Assembly: GCA_019058445.1 (NCBI GenBank)
Contig: JAHPZA010000010.1
Location: forward strand, 96,001-160,000
Length of the DNA: 64,000 nt
Source of the DNA: Promethearchaeota archaeon
GTDB taxonomy: Archaea; Asgardarchaeota; Lokiarchaeia; Sigyniarchaeales; SOKP01
Reading direction: 5' to 3'
The position numbers and the translations under genes were made by a program. Of the stretch, positions 1 through 10,365 are shown one piece after another (positions within the stretch are counted from its first letter, which is position 1; each line of letters starts with the position of its first letter). The notes under the pieces were generated by a model, which was not told the origin of the DNA, made no database searches, and saw nothing but the letters and a program-made list of their open reading frames with translations.

Positions 1-468
1 AGAGAGGCATATATCTCAAGTTTAGCCGAGAAAAAGGAGATCGTATCTGCTCCTATTAAATCGAAAGCGGGGACTGTGGTAATAGATAATATCAAATCAG
101 CAAAGAAAGAAGTTTCCAATCTTGTAAAGAAAGCGAAGTCAGAAATTAAAAAGAAAAACATTCAAAAAAGTATTGAAACATATCGAGAAGCTGCAGTTAT
201 TGCGACAAATTGGGATTTAACCAAAGAATTTGAAGCTATTGAAGATAAAATTAGAATAATAACAATTAGCGATTTAAGGTCAAAAATGAAAGTTTTCGAA
301 GCGGATGCTAAATTAGCAGCAAAAGCCGGAGATTATGCTGAAGCAGCTGAAAAATACAGTTTTGCATCTGATGCCGCATCAGAAATATTCAAGTTAGGAA
401 TTACAGAAATGACCAAAGAAGTAAAACGTTTAACAAATAAATCCAAGGAATTTGAAAGACTAAGTTAA
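1..468 (+). CDS. 3' part of a protein of unknown function ending in tandem alpha-helical (MIT/TPR-like) repeats; 5'-truncated by the window edge
   Basis: Frame 1 is open from base 1 (REAYISSLAEKKEIV...), so the GTG at 76 is probably internal. Two similar helical units (AKSEIKKKNIQKSIETYREAA / AKLAAKAGDYAEAAEKYSFAS). T-rich tract after the TAA. Confidence 0.6.
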   Translation, partial: REAYISSLAEKKEIVSAPIKSKAGTVVIDNIKSAKKEVSNLVKKAKSEIKKKNIQKSIETYREAAVIATNWDLTKEFEAIEDKIRIITISDLRSKMKVFEADAKLAAKAGDYAEAAEKYSFASDAASEIFKLGITEMTKEVKRLTNKSKEFERLS

Positions 469-657
469 TTTTTTTTTAAATCTATTTTTTATTTTAATTT
501 TTTTCCTATTTTTGATTCTAATACTACTAATTTATTCTTGATTTCTATAAATCTTCGACTTCTAAGTAAAAAAACTTGAATCCAACTTTTATTGAAATTT
601 TAAATACGATAATTGATTATGTGAATGTAATAAATTTCTTTTTTTAAGGGAGAAAAA

Positions 658-891
658 TTGGAAATTCCAGCAGAAATTATAGATAATATTGAACGAATTG
701 TATTGAAAATCTTATATGATGAAAAAGCGATCAAATCTACCAATTTATTAATTGATCGGGTATTGGAGATAACTTTTGAAGAAAAAGTTACTATATCTGA
801 AAAAAATATAAAATTCATAATAAATAAAATGGACAAAGAAGATAAAATTCAATTTACGCAATCTAAAGGTGGATGGAGAATAAAAATTTAA
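658..891 (+). CDS. small winged-helix-like protein
   Basis: 77 aa, TTG start after GGGAGA. Helical N-part, then a C-terminal beta-hairpin (KIQFTQSKGGWRIKI) typical of wHTH. Confidence 0.55.
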   Translation: MEIPAEIIDNIERIVLKILYDEKAIKSTNLLIDRVLEITFEEKVTISEKNIKFIINKMDKEDKIQFTQSKGGWRIKI

Positions 892-914
892 TTCTCCTTC
901 AATAAAAATTCAGA

Positions 915-2243
915 TTAAGGTTCCCCGATTCCTCCCTCGGTAATTGTAAACACTGCTTCACTTTCAGGTAGATTTGGAGCATCAACAACCTTAGCAATTC
1001 TCTGTTCTCCTTTCCCTTTTCTAAGGAAAATCCTAATTGTAGTTCCATGAGCAACAACATGCCCCCCTGTATGAGTTGTAGGGTTACCATAAAAAACATC
1101 TGGTTTAGATGATACTTGATTCGTGACCACTACTGCGAGATCGCTATGAATATCGCATAATCTTAACAGATCATGGATATGCTGATTGATAAGCTGTTGC
1201 CGGCTAGCTAGTGTACCTCTACCAACGTATTCAGATCGAAAATGACCGATAAGTGAGTCAACTATAATCAATTTTATATTCTTTTCTTTAATAAGATTTG
1301 CGGAATCTTTAACTAGGAGTATCTGATGATCACTATTATAGGCACGGCCAAAGATGATATTTTTTAGAATTTTTTTATAATCTAAATCTAAAGCTTCTGC
1401 CATTTGAATTATTCTTTCTGGTCGAAAAGTTCCTTCTGTATCAATATATAATGCATTGCCTTCAAGACCTCCTTGTTCTTTTGGAAGTTGAACATTTACA
1501 CAGAGCTGATGCATGATCTGAGTTTTTCCTGTTCTAAACTCACCAAAAAACTCAGTCACACTACCAGTTTCTATTCCACCACCAAGTAGATCATCAAATT
1601 CTTTATTATTTGTTGTAACTCGTGCAATATTTTTCCGATGCTCCCATATTTCCTCTCCTGATTTAAATCCAATCCCTAATTTATCCATACTAGCTTTAAT
1701 CAGCTTAGCTGTAGATTTTTCCCCTAACCCACTATCTTCCTGAATTATCTTTGGAGGAGTATATGCGATTGCTTCCAAGGAGTTAAAGCCTGCTTTTATG
1801 AGTTTGTTCAGAGTGGCTTCTCCTACACCAGGTAATGCTTTCACAGCTTTTATACATTCATCTAAACTATTTATTGACGAGTCTTTAATACTAACTGCTT
1901 TATTATCTTCAACATCTGACTCATCCTCGTCAATAAACACATCTTCGAAGTCTTCTCCATCTTCTAATTCCTCTTCGTATTCTAATTCTTCAAATGCTTC
2001 AATTAATTCCTTTTCATCGTCATATTCCTCATGATCAGCATCTGAATTCGCACTTGGAGTTTCACTCTCAGTACCTTCATTCTCTTTAATTAATTTAATG
2101 ATATCTTTCTTTCGTGCCTTTGATGGAAGATCAATATTTTTTTCTGCAGCATAACTTTTTAAATCTTTCACAGTTAGTGCATCAAGATCTATCATATTAT
2201 CTTCATTTTCTCTATTATTTTTTGTTTCTACTGCTTTTGCCAT
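915..2243 (-). CDS. radA: DNA repair and recombination protein RadA (Rad51-like) with N-terminal extension
   Basis: HhH domain (LPGVGEAT), Walker A GEFRTGKT, YIDTEGTFRPER, Walker B LIIVDS, RKGKGEQRIAKVVDAP. Confidence 0.96.
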   Translation of the reverse strand: MAKAVETKNNRENEDNMIDLDALTVKDLKSYAAEKNIDLPSKARKKDIIKLIKENEGTESETPSANSDADHEEYDDEKELIEAFEELEYEEELEDGEDFEDVFIDEDESDVEDNKAVSIKDSSINSLDECIKAVKALPGVGEATLNKLIKAGFNSLEAIAYTPPKIIQEDSGLGEKSTAKLIKASMDKLGIGFKSGEEIWEHRKNIARVTTNNKEFDDLLGGGIETGSVTEFFGEFRTGKTQIMHQLCVNVQLPKEQGGLEGNALYIDTEGTFRPERIIQMAEALDLDYKKILKNIIFGRAYNSDHQILLVKDSANLIKEKNIKLIIVDSLIGHFRSEYVGRGTLASRQQLINQHIHDLLRLCDIHSDLAVVVTNQVSSKPDVFYGNPTTHTGGHVVAHGTTIRIFLRKGKGEQRIAKVVDAPNLPESEAVFTITEGGIGEP

Positions 2244-2444
2244 AATTTTTCACGTATTATATAAATTTTTAGAGTAGTTTTTATATTTGTTTCTAATTAT
2301 GTTCTATCTGTAATTACGCTTATTTTAAAGAAAATAGACCATTAATTTTCAAATTTGTATTGAAAATAAATAATCTTAAAAACACAAAAAAGAAAAAGCT
2401 GACTAAATCTGAGTTTCTATTAACCAGAAATATAAAAAGAATTT

Positions 2445-2807
2445 CTAAGTAATATTCTTTATTTGTTCCGCGGTCTTTCTAAGCTCTATAAATGCAGTGT
2501 CCATACGAGCATCAACGTCTAAGCACACAGCAACTATTAACTCCTCATTACAGGCCATTACTATGAAGTTTCCTTGATTACCCTGAAGTATACACAAATC
2601 AAGCACTCCCGATTTTAATTCGAGGAGGACTCGCTCTGCAACACTCAATATGGTAGCCGTCATCGCAGCTAGTTTAATATCGGAGATACCTTCTTCTAAA
2701 ATTGATTGAACGATAAGACCTTCGGCAGAAACTACCGCAGAAGATTTGATACCATCGATATTTTCGTGAAGCGTTTGCAAGAGAAAAAGTAACTGTTCAT
2801 CTGACAT
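2445..2807 (-). CDS. Roadblock/LC7 (MglB-like) domain protein
   Basis: 120 aa; SAVVSAEGLIVQS...LAAMTATILSVAERV...ELKSG pattern typical of the roadblock family. Confidence 0.88.
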   Translation of the reverse strand: MSDEQLLFLLQTLHENIDGIKSSAVVSAEGLIVQSILEEGISDIKLAAMTATILSVAERVLLELKSGVLDLCILQGNQGNFIVMACNEELIVAVCLDVDARMDTAFIELRKTAEQIKNIT

Positions 2808-2980
2808 AGGTAAGCATTAGTTGAAATTTAAATTAATTAATTAATAATATTATTCTAATTTTAATGTTTTTATTTGGAAATTTTGGTTTATGTAAATTAA
2901 AGTTTATATTAATAAAAATAAAAACATTATAAAAATATAGCTAAATCGAAAAAAAGATATTTTCTATTTGTGAGATTCAT

Positions 2981-4219
2981 ATGAGGTTTGGTATAAATTG
3001 TGAATATTATCCAAATATAACAAGTGAGATACTCGAAAATGGCCTAAAATTAGTTAGGAAAAATAAAATAAAGTGGGATGAACCATTTTTTAAGGACACA
3101 AAATCATATTTAAATTTAAAGGAGATTAAACAAGTTTCACACTCATTTTTAAATGAAAAATTAAAAAATATAATTGTTTTAGGAACAGGAGGCTCAATAC
3201 AAACACTATTAGCGTTAGAGCATTTATCCCAGAAAAAAATTTATCCAATATCAAGTTCACGGCCGTTAGAGTTAGAAAATTGTTTAAATAATACAAATAT
3301 AGAAGATTCTGTGGTTATTCCAATATCAAGAGGAGGAGAAACTTTAGATATAAATTCCACAATTGGAATATTTGTAAAAAAGGGTTATAAATTTCTGGGA
3401 TTATCTTCAAAAGGCACCATGAATGAGATTTTAAAGAAATTAGGCTGCCCTATTTTAAATGTTCCTGATCTTTCAGGACGGTTTGCAGGTTCTATTTCAA
3501 ATGTTGGAATTGTTCCTGCTTATTTCTCTGGAATTAATATAGAAGATTTTTTAATTGGATTGGAACAAGGATATAAGATTTTCATGAATTTTGATTTTAA
3601 TCCTGCATTAGAATTTGCGATCTTTTTATATGAGTTATATAAAAAAGAATATAAAGTAGTTTTTTCTATGCCCTATTCAAGAAATCTTGAGGGTAGCGTT
3701 GGATTATTTGTGCAAGAAATTTCAGAAAGTACTGGAAAGGAGGGAAAAGGATTAATGGGGGCTTATCAATCTGCACCTATATGTCAGCACTCTGTTTTGG
3801 AATACTTGTTGGGGGGTACTAAAGGATCTGTTATTCCAATTTTATGGGTTATCGAAAATGAAATTCCAGACATCAGCCTTGAATCTTCAATTGATTATGT
3901 TAACAAACATTCAGCCCAAACTATTATAAATTATCAAGCAGATGCCACTATTCAAGCTTTACTTGAACAGGGAGTTCCATCTGCTAAGATATCACTTAAC
4001 TCTCCAAGCGAGGCTAATATGGGACATTTAATTTCATTCATCCAGTCTACAATTTATTATTTATGTATATTGTTGGATGTTGATTGGGCTTCTAATCCAA
4101 AAGTCGTCATTGGAAAGAAGATTTGTAATGAGGCTTTAAAAAATAAAGCGTCCACAGAACAAAGAAGAAGAGAACGAGAAAATGTTGCGGAAAGTAGCTT
4201 TCAAAATTTTTTTGGTTAA
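2981..4219 (+). CDS. pgi: glucose-6-phosphate isomerase family (SIS-domain) protein, divergent
   Basis: LGTGGS, SRGGET, SGRF, QEISESTGKEG, QHS and P.V..GK motifs in PGI order. Confidence 0.75.
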   Translation: MRFGINCEYYPNITSEILENGLKLVRKNKIKWDEPFFKDTKSYLNLKEIKQVSHSFLNEKLKNIIVLGTGGSIQTLLALEHLSQKKIYPISSSRPLELENCLNNTNIEDSVVIPISRGGETLDINSTIGIFVKKGYKFLGLSSKGTMNEILKKLGCPILNVPDLSGRFAGSISNVGIVPAYFSGINIEDFLIGLEQGYKIFMNFDFNPALEFAIFLYELYKKEYKVVFSMPYSRNLEGSVGLFVQEISESTGKEGKGLMGAYQSAPICQHSVLEYLLGGTKGSVIPILWVIENEIPDISLESSIDYVNKHSAQTIINYQADATIQALLEQGVPSAKISLNSPSEANMGHLISFIQSTIYYLCILLDVDWASNPKVVIGKKICNEALKNKASTEQRRRERENVAESSFQNFFG

Positions 4220-4225
4220 TTTTAC

Positions 4226-5668
4226 CTAACTTTGATTAATAAATGCGTCATATAGCACATTAACTGCTTTCCTACAATCCTTCCTCTCTACAATTATAGT
4301 AATATTTAATTCAGAAGATCCTTGAGCTATTGCTCTCACGTTGATATTATTATTACCGAGTGTAGTGAAAACTTTTCCTGCGATACCTGGTGTATGTAGC
4401 ATGCCGGCACCAATCACTGCTATTAAGGAAATATCATGATCAATTTTAATGTTGAACCATTGTTTTCCAAATAAATCTGAATTTCTAAGTAAAAAGCTTA
4501 CTTTCATTGCATCTTCAATATCTATTCCAAAAGTGATATTATTTTCTGAAGAACTCTGAGATATAAACTTGATATTGATATTATCATTACCTAATAATGA
4601 AAATAGTTTAGATACTGTTCCAGGCAAGGATATCATTGTACCGCTTTCGATGGTTACCATTGAAAGTCTTTCTATTGAAGTTATTGCTTTAATTATTTTT
4701 TCATCTCTAATAACTTCTTTTGTAATAGTAGTAAATTCTTCCGATTCAGGATTTTCAAAAGTTCTAATCTCTGATGGAATGCTTCTTTTTTCATTTACAT
4801 CAAGACAAACAGGATGAAGTACTTTCGATCCGAAAAAGGCAAGTTCCTTAGCTTCGATATATGATATATTCTTCAATAATGCTGTTTTTTTTGAGATTCG
4901 AGGATCAGCATTTAAAAATCCTCTCACATCTTTCCAATATATAACTTTTACATTATATTTGGACTTTAAGCAATATGCTACGATAGCTGCGGTTAAATCC
5001 GTCCCACCTCTTCCAAGTGTAGTAATTTTTTTATCTTTTGTTGAGCCATAAAAACCTGTAATACATATCAAATCGATAGCATCTGATTCTAAAATAGGAA
5101 TTACATTTTTTATAAATAATTCTTCAGTCTCATCTAATAAAGGAAGCGCTCTCCCAAAATTATCATCAGTTATAATAAACTCATCAGAAGAGATAAATTG
5201 TGATTTTATCCCACACTCTTGAGAATTAATATATTGAGAAACAATAAAAGTACTTAATTTTTCTCCATACGATACAATAATATCTTGAATATCCATACTA
5301 GGTCGAAGCAATCTAACAATTCGCCCTAATTGACTCAATTCTTCAATATTATCATCTAAAAAATCTAATGAATCATTATATTCTGGTTTGTTTTCATTAA
5401 AGATTTCATCTATTGTATTTTTATGCATATTATAAATATTTTCAAGTAGATATTCACATTCAGTAGCTTCATCACATGACTTTTTATAGAAGTTTATGAG
5501 TTTATCCGTTATCCCCTTTAAAGCAGATGTAACAATTATCAATTTAGATTCTTTTATATACATTTGAATTATTTTCATTGTTTGATTGAAAGATTTAGCA
5601 TCTTGTAAGCATGAACCGCCAAATTTCATAACAATTAAATTTCCATTATAGTGAGACATCACAATCAC
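4226..5668 (-). CDS. lysC: aspartate kinase with two ACT domains
   Basis: VMKFGGS, SYGEKLS, TTLGRGGTD, ADPR, ELAFFGSKVLHP; ACT motifs SQSSSE and AQGSSE. Start may be the ATG at 5659. Confidence 0.93.
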   Translation of the reverse strand: MIVMSHYNGNLIVMKFGGSCLQDAKSFNQTMKIIQMYIKESKLIIVTSALKGITDKLINFYKKSCDEATECEYLLENIYNMHKNTIDEIFNENKPEYNDSLDFLDDNIEELSQLGRIVRLLRPSMDIQDIIVSYGEKLSTFIVSQYINSQECGIKSQFISSDEFIITDDNFGRALPLLDETEELFIKNVIPILESDAIDLICITGFYGSTKDKKITTLGRGGTDLTAAIVAYCLKSKYNVKVIYWKDVRGFLNADPRISKKTALLKNISYIEAKELAFFGSKVLHPVCLDVNEKRSIPSEIRTFENPESEEFTTITKEVIRDEKIIKAITSIERLSMVTIESGTMISLPGTVSKLFSLLGNDNINIKFISQSSSENNITFGIDIEDAMKVSFLLRNSDLFGKQWFNIKIDHDISLIAVIGAGMLHTPGIAGKVFTTLGNNNINVRAIAQGSSELNITIIVERKDCRKAVNVLYDAFINQS

Positions 5669-5933
5669 AATATGTATTTCTATAATCTTCTCTATTAAAA
5701 AGAATTGACAAAGACTATTAGATTTTATGTTTGAGTTACAATAAAAGAAAAAAGAATTTTAAAGGATTATAAAATTAAATTCATTCTAAAAATTATTATT
5801 CCTTCTTTTATGATTATTGTTCCTACATATTTGTAAGTTGGATAAAATAAAAAAACCTATAAGTTATTTTTAAGGTATATATCCTATTAATTAATCAGAT
5901 CTATATTTGCAAATTAAAAATAATTGATTAATT

Positions 5934-6698
5934 TTGAAACTGAGTATTCTTATTCCATGTTATAATGAGGAAAAAACACTAAAGCCATTATTAAAAACTA
6001 TTTTTAATATTATATTTCCAATAGAATACGAAATTATTATTATAGACGATGGTTCTGATATCAATCATAGAGCCCTTATTGAAGAAGAGATTAAAGCTAA
6101 AAAAGTTAAATTCATAAGATTGCACCAAAATCAAGGAAAAGGTGTAGCTATAAGAGTAGGTTTAAAATATGCCACTGGAGATATTTTTGTAATTCAAGAT
6201 GCTGATTTAGAATATTTCCCTTTGGATTTAATTAATCTAATAACTCCAATCTTAAAAGGAAAAACAGATGTTGTGTATGGAACGAGATTTGCTGAAAAAC
6301 CTAAAGAAATGGCTAAGGCTCATTATATCGCTAATAGGTTTTTAACAAAAGCTACAAATTTCCTTTATCATGTGAATCTTTCAGATATAGAAACAGGATA
6401 TAAGCTATTTACTAGAAAAATTTTAGAAAAAATTGAGCTTAATGCCCGAGAATTTGAATTTGAGCCAGAAATCACCGCTAAAATTATATTAAATGGATAT
6501 CTTATAAAAGAATTACCAATAATCTATCATACTCGCAGAAAAGGCTCTGCTAAAATAAATATTTTTGATGGAATAGAGAGCTTATTAATATTATTTAAAA
6601 TCAGATATTTTAACAAGTCAAAAATTTTTAATATATTTTATAGGATTTTTAAGTTTCATTTCAAAAAAATAGGATTTAAAATTACCAAATTTTTCTGA
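5934..6698 (+). CDS. GT2 glycosyltransferase, Dol-P/polyprenol-P sugar synthase-like
   Basis: IPCYNEE, IDDGS, NQGKG.A, QDADLEY, GTRF, DIETGYK, FEFEPE. Confidence 0.9.
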   Translation: MKLSILIPCYNEEKTLKPLLKTIFNIIFPIEYEIIIIDDGSDINHRALIEEEIKAKKVKFIRLHQNQGKGVAIRVGLKYATGDIFVIQDADLEYFPLDLINLITPILKGKTDVVYGTRFAEKPKEMAKAHYIANRFLTKATNFLYHVNLSDIETGYKLFTRKILEKIELNAREFEFEPEITAKIILNGYLIKELPIIYHTRRKGSAKINIFDGIESLLILFKIRYFNKSKIFNIFYRIFKFHFKKIGFKITKFF

Positions 6699-6826
6699 AC
6701 ATGTAATATAAGTTATATATAGATAAACCTAAAAAATCTTGGTTAATATTCCAAAATTTTAAATAATAATACCTTTAATATTATTTATTTAAAATTCTCA
6801 GCCATGATACTAATTTAATAACCCTA

Positions 6827-7897
6827 ATGTATATGATGAATGTAAAAGCAAAAAGAATAGTCATTGGAATATCAACAATAATTTTAATCATAATAATGAT
6901 CATTTTAATTGATATTCGCATAATATTAGAATACTTAATGAAAATTTCATTTTACGGCTTGATTTTATTTTTTTTAATATATACCATAGCTTTTATTTTT
7001 CGGACATATAGATTAAAAATGATTTTTCAAGGATTAAACCTTGATTCGTCATTCCTCACGTTATATTGTGCATTTGGTATTGGGTGGAGCATCAATGAAA
7101 TAACACCGAGTAAGCTAGGAGATCTAGTCAGAATAGAATTTATTAATGAAAAGGAAAAAAATATCGGATTGAGCAATAGTATATGTGGAATAGCAATCGA
7201 AAGATTTATTGATCTAATAATTTTAATGATTATTACTTGTTTTGCATTGCTTTATCTGTATATTAGTAATATTGGCGGAAACACAATTTTAAATTTACAC
7301 TTTTATGTAATCCTTGGCATCATTTTAGTTATTGGAGGACTAATTGCCTTAATATTTCTTGTTTTTAAAACAGATCTGATTTTGACTATTTTAGGAAAGA
7401 TTTCACTAAACTTAAGAAATAAAGCAGAGAGTTTTATTATGCAATTTTTAGGAGGCTTAAAAAAATTTCGAAGAAATAAGAAAAAAATGATCTATGTATT
7501 TATTTTAAGTATTTTAACTTGGTTTTTTGAAACACTGACATTAGTGATTCTTTTCTATTTCACGGGTTATGAAATAAATATCTTTATTATAATCTTTGCT
7601 CAAATTGTAATTTTTTTTACTAAGACTTTTCCCATTACTCCTGGAGGATGGATTATTTCAGAAAATGTTGGAGCGCTGTTAATTTTGTTATTTTATCCGT
7701 CAATTAAGTATAACAGTATTTTAGCCATATTTTTCCTTGATCATCTATTAAGATTGTTGTACGTTTTAGTTTATGGAATAATTTCTGCTATATCATTTAA
7801 TTTTAAAATCAAGGAAATGAAACTTAAATATATTAAGGATTTTGAAATTGATGAATATAATGAAGTTACATCAGAGACGGAGCCCTTAAAAAAGTAA
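6827..7897 (+). CDS. UPF0104 / lysylphosphatidylglycerol-synthase TM (flippase-like) membrane protein
   Basis: Multi-TM; NEITPSKLGDLVR, ERFID, PITPGGW..E motifs. Confidence 0.82.
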   Translation: MYMMNVKAKRIVIGISTIILIIIMIILIDIRIILEYLMKISFYGLILFFLIYTIAFIFRTYRLKMIFQGLNLDSSFLTLYCAFGIGWSINEITPSKLGDLVRIEFINEKEKNIGLSNSICGIAIERFIDLIILMIITCFALLYLYISNIGGNTILNLHFYVILGIILVIGGLIALIFLVFKTDLILTILGKISLNLRNKAESFIMQFLGGLKKFRRNKKKMIYVFILSILTWFFETLTLVILFYFTGYEINIFIIIFAQIVIFFTKTFPITPGGWIISENVGALLILLFYPSIKYNSILAIFFLDHLLRLLYVLVYGIISAISFNFKIKEMKLKYIKDFEIDEYNEVTSETEPLKK

Positions 7898-8942
7898 TTA
7901 AATAAATATATGATAGTATAACACTGATAAATGATAAAAATATCGTTAAAACATGATTATTTACGTGTATTTCTTTCTGTATAATTCCTAACTTCAAATT
8001 GAAAGTAAAGAATTCTTTTTCCTTTAAAATGCCATATAATATTAGAGATTGAAACCATCTTAGATATTGAAAACTAAAAAAGATAAGTGTACCAACAGCT
8101 ATAATTGATACTATTGAAGTTTCAAAATGATCGGTTTTTTTTAATCTAAATAGAACGAAAAAGAATATTATTAGGGTCATTGGAATAAATCTCACATAAA
8201 TGGGGCCATCAAAACCGTGTTGAAGATAATCATAAGACTCATAAGAGTACCAACTCAAGAAAATATAGGGAATAATAATTAAAAAAAATAATAACGGAAA
8301 TATACATAATATAAAAACTTTCATCTCTTTCCAGTCTTTTTCGATCAAGTACTTTAAGAAAAATATTGGTACAGTTAATAATGTATAATATTTTATACAC
8401 ATTGACAATCCTAAAAAGAGATAAAATAGATATTTTGTATAATTTTCTTTTTTCGGATAATAAATTAGGGCCAAGAAAAAAAAGAAAAAAAAGAGAGCAT
8501 CAGTAATATGATAACCACAATTTGTTAAACTGAAAGAATTATTTAAGATCCAAAATGGATTAATTAAAAACAAACCAAACACAAAATTTCTGTTTTGAAT
8601 ATTAAAACTTTTTAAGACAAAATAAAACGTAATACTAGATAATAAATCCCAAAGAAAAGCATAGAAAGCGAAAATTTCAATATATCCAAATGATAAAAAA
8701 ATTAGAATATACAAAAAAGCAGTAGTTAATACGGGATAAAATACCGGTCGTGCGAAATTTAAACCCACATCCCCCCATGATCTAGAGGGATCTAATATAT
8801 GAATATAATAACAATAAAATAATATAAACACCCTTACTCCAATACCTACGAAAATTAAAATTTCCGAACTATTTTCAAATATCCAATCAAAAAAAGATTT
8901 CTTTTTATTATTTTCAGAAAGATCTTCCGAATTTGTAGACAT
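7866..8942 (-). CDS. polytopic membrane protein, probable GT-C fold glycosyltransferase (GT87/PIG-M-like)
   Basis: About 10 TM segments; WGD and YP after TM1, INP, D, GLSMCIKYY, QYLRW. ATG at 8942 preferred over the TTG at 8984. Confidence 0.55.
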   Translation of the reverse strand: MSTNSEDLSENNKKKSFFDWIFENSSEILIFVGIGVRVFILFYCYYIHILDPSRSWGDVGLNFARPVFYPVLTTAFLYILIFLSFGYIEIFAFYAFLWDLLSSITFYFVLKSFNIQNRNFVFGLFLINPFWILNNSFSLTNCGYHITDALFFFFFFLALIYYPKKENYTKYLFYLFLGLSMCIKYYTLLTVPIFFLKYLIEKDWKEMKVFILCIFPLLFFLIIIPYIFLSWYSYESYDYLQHGFDGPIYVRFIPMTLIIFFFVLFRLKKTDHFETSIVSIIAVGTLIFFSFQYLRWFQSLILYGILKEKEFFTFNLKLGIIQKEIHVNNHVLTIFLSFISVILSYIYLITFLRAPSLM

Positions 8943-9067
8943 ATTTAGATGTGGTTTTATTTGAATAGAGGTAATTTCAAGCAATATTAACGAAATTTAA
9001 TTTAATTTAGTTTTCTTTAATTATATGAAAATTTATAAAAAATTAAAAATGTTAATTTTTTTAAAAA

Positions 9068-10330
9068 ATGAATAAAGTAGAACTTCTAGTTCCTGCTAAA
9101 AATTTTAAGGCAATAAAAGCTGCTTCGGAATATGCCGATTCAATATATTTTGGAATTGAAAAATTTAATATGAGGATGCGTTCCGAAAATTTTTCTTTAG
9201 AAGATTTAACTAAAGTCGTAAATTATTGCCAAAAGAAGGAATTGAAAACTTATTTGACAACAAACATATTGGTGTATGATCATGAAGTTAATGAAATCCG
9301 CACTATTATAGAAAAAGCTAAAACTTCCGGAATTGATGCTATAATTGTTCATGATTTAGCCGTTATCCAGATTGCAAAGGAATATAATATGCCTTTTCAT
9401 ATATCTACACAATGTAATGTATCCAATTCTTTATCTGCCAAATTTTATGAGGCCTTTGGAGCGAAAAGAATAATATTGGCAAGAGAATTATCTTTAGAAA
9501 AAATTAAGGAAATCAAAAGAAATTTGGCAACTGCAGAAATAGAAACTTTTATTCATGGAGCTATGTGTACTTCAGTAAGCGGAAGGTGTTATTTTTCACA
9601 AGATATCTGTGGAACTGAAGAAAAATCAGCCAATCGAGGAAGCTGTATACAACCATGCCGGAGAAGATGGTGGATGCGTGAAGAATCTGGGGCAGAATAT
9701 ATATATGACGGAGTCAGATTCTTAAATTCAAGAGATTTATGCACAATAGCATATATCCCAGAGTTAATAGAAGCCAATATTGATGCCTTTAAAATCGAGG
9801 GTCGTATGAGGCATCCTCATTATGTAGAAATTGTGAGTAAGACATATCGAGAAGCCATTGAAGCATATTACAATGGAACCTTTACAAAGAAAAAAGCAGG
9901 TAAATGGGTTACTGAGTTGAAAAAGGTTTACAATAGGGGTTTTACCACTGGTTTCTATTTTAAAAGAGCTACTGAAGATGACCATCAACATAAATCTCCA
10001 ACAAATTTATCTCATTACAGATATATTAGAGTAGGTCAGATTGAAAAGTATCATAAAGATGATAGTATTGCTATTGTTTCTCTAGACAATGGTTATTTAT
10101 CGAAAGATGATGATATTATTATCATGGGAGTAGATACCGATACTTATATTCATCAGAGAGCAAATTGGATAAGGCATAACAGAAATCTTCTTAATAAATC
10201 ACCACGAGGAACAAAATTTGATAAAATATTCATAGAATTGAAAATTGAGGGTTCTGCTATTGGCAACGGAAAGGATAAATTATATATTTTCACAGATAAA
10301 ACTTATAAGAAGAAGTCTTATTCATTGTAA
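9068..10330 (+). CDS. peptidase U32 family protein (Fe-S, probable RNA/metabolite hydroxylase)
   Basis: ELLVPA, HISTQ, LARELS, HGAMC.SVSGRC, NRGSCIQPCR, KIEGR. Confidence 0.92.
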   Translation: MNKVELLVPAKNFKAIKAASEYADSIYFGIEKFNMRMRSENFSLEDLTKVVNYCQKKELKTYLTTNILVYDHEVNEIRTIIEKAKTSGIDAIIVHDLAVIQIAKEYNMPFHISTQCNVSNSLSAKFYEAFGAKRIILARELSLEKIKEIKRNLATAEIETFIHGAMCTSVSGRCYFSQDICGTEEKSANRGSCIQPCRRRWWMREESGAEYIYDGVRFLNSRDLCTIAYIPELIEANIDAFKIEGRMRHPHYVEIVSKTYREAIEAYYNGTFTKKKAGKWVTELKKVYNRGFTTGFYFKRATEDDHQHKSPTNLSHYRYIRVGQIEKYHKDDSIAIVSLDNGYLSKDDDIIIMGVDTDTYIHQRANWIRHNRNLLNKSPRGTKFDKIFIELKIEGSAIGNGKDKLYIFTDKTYKKKSYSL

Positions 10331-10365
10331 AAATTAGATTAATTCAAAAAATAAAAAAAAGAAGA

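Noticed and set aside
5669-5933. Leader peptide or riboswitch upstream of lysC (also checked for tyrS and pheA)
   Set aside because: No cognate-amino-acid-rich uORF or convincing stem was found.
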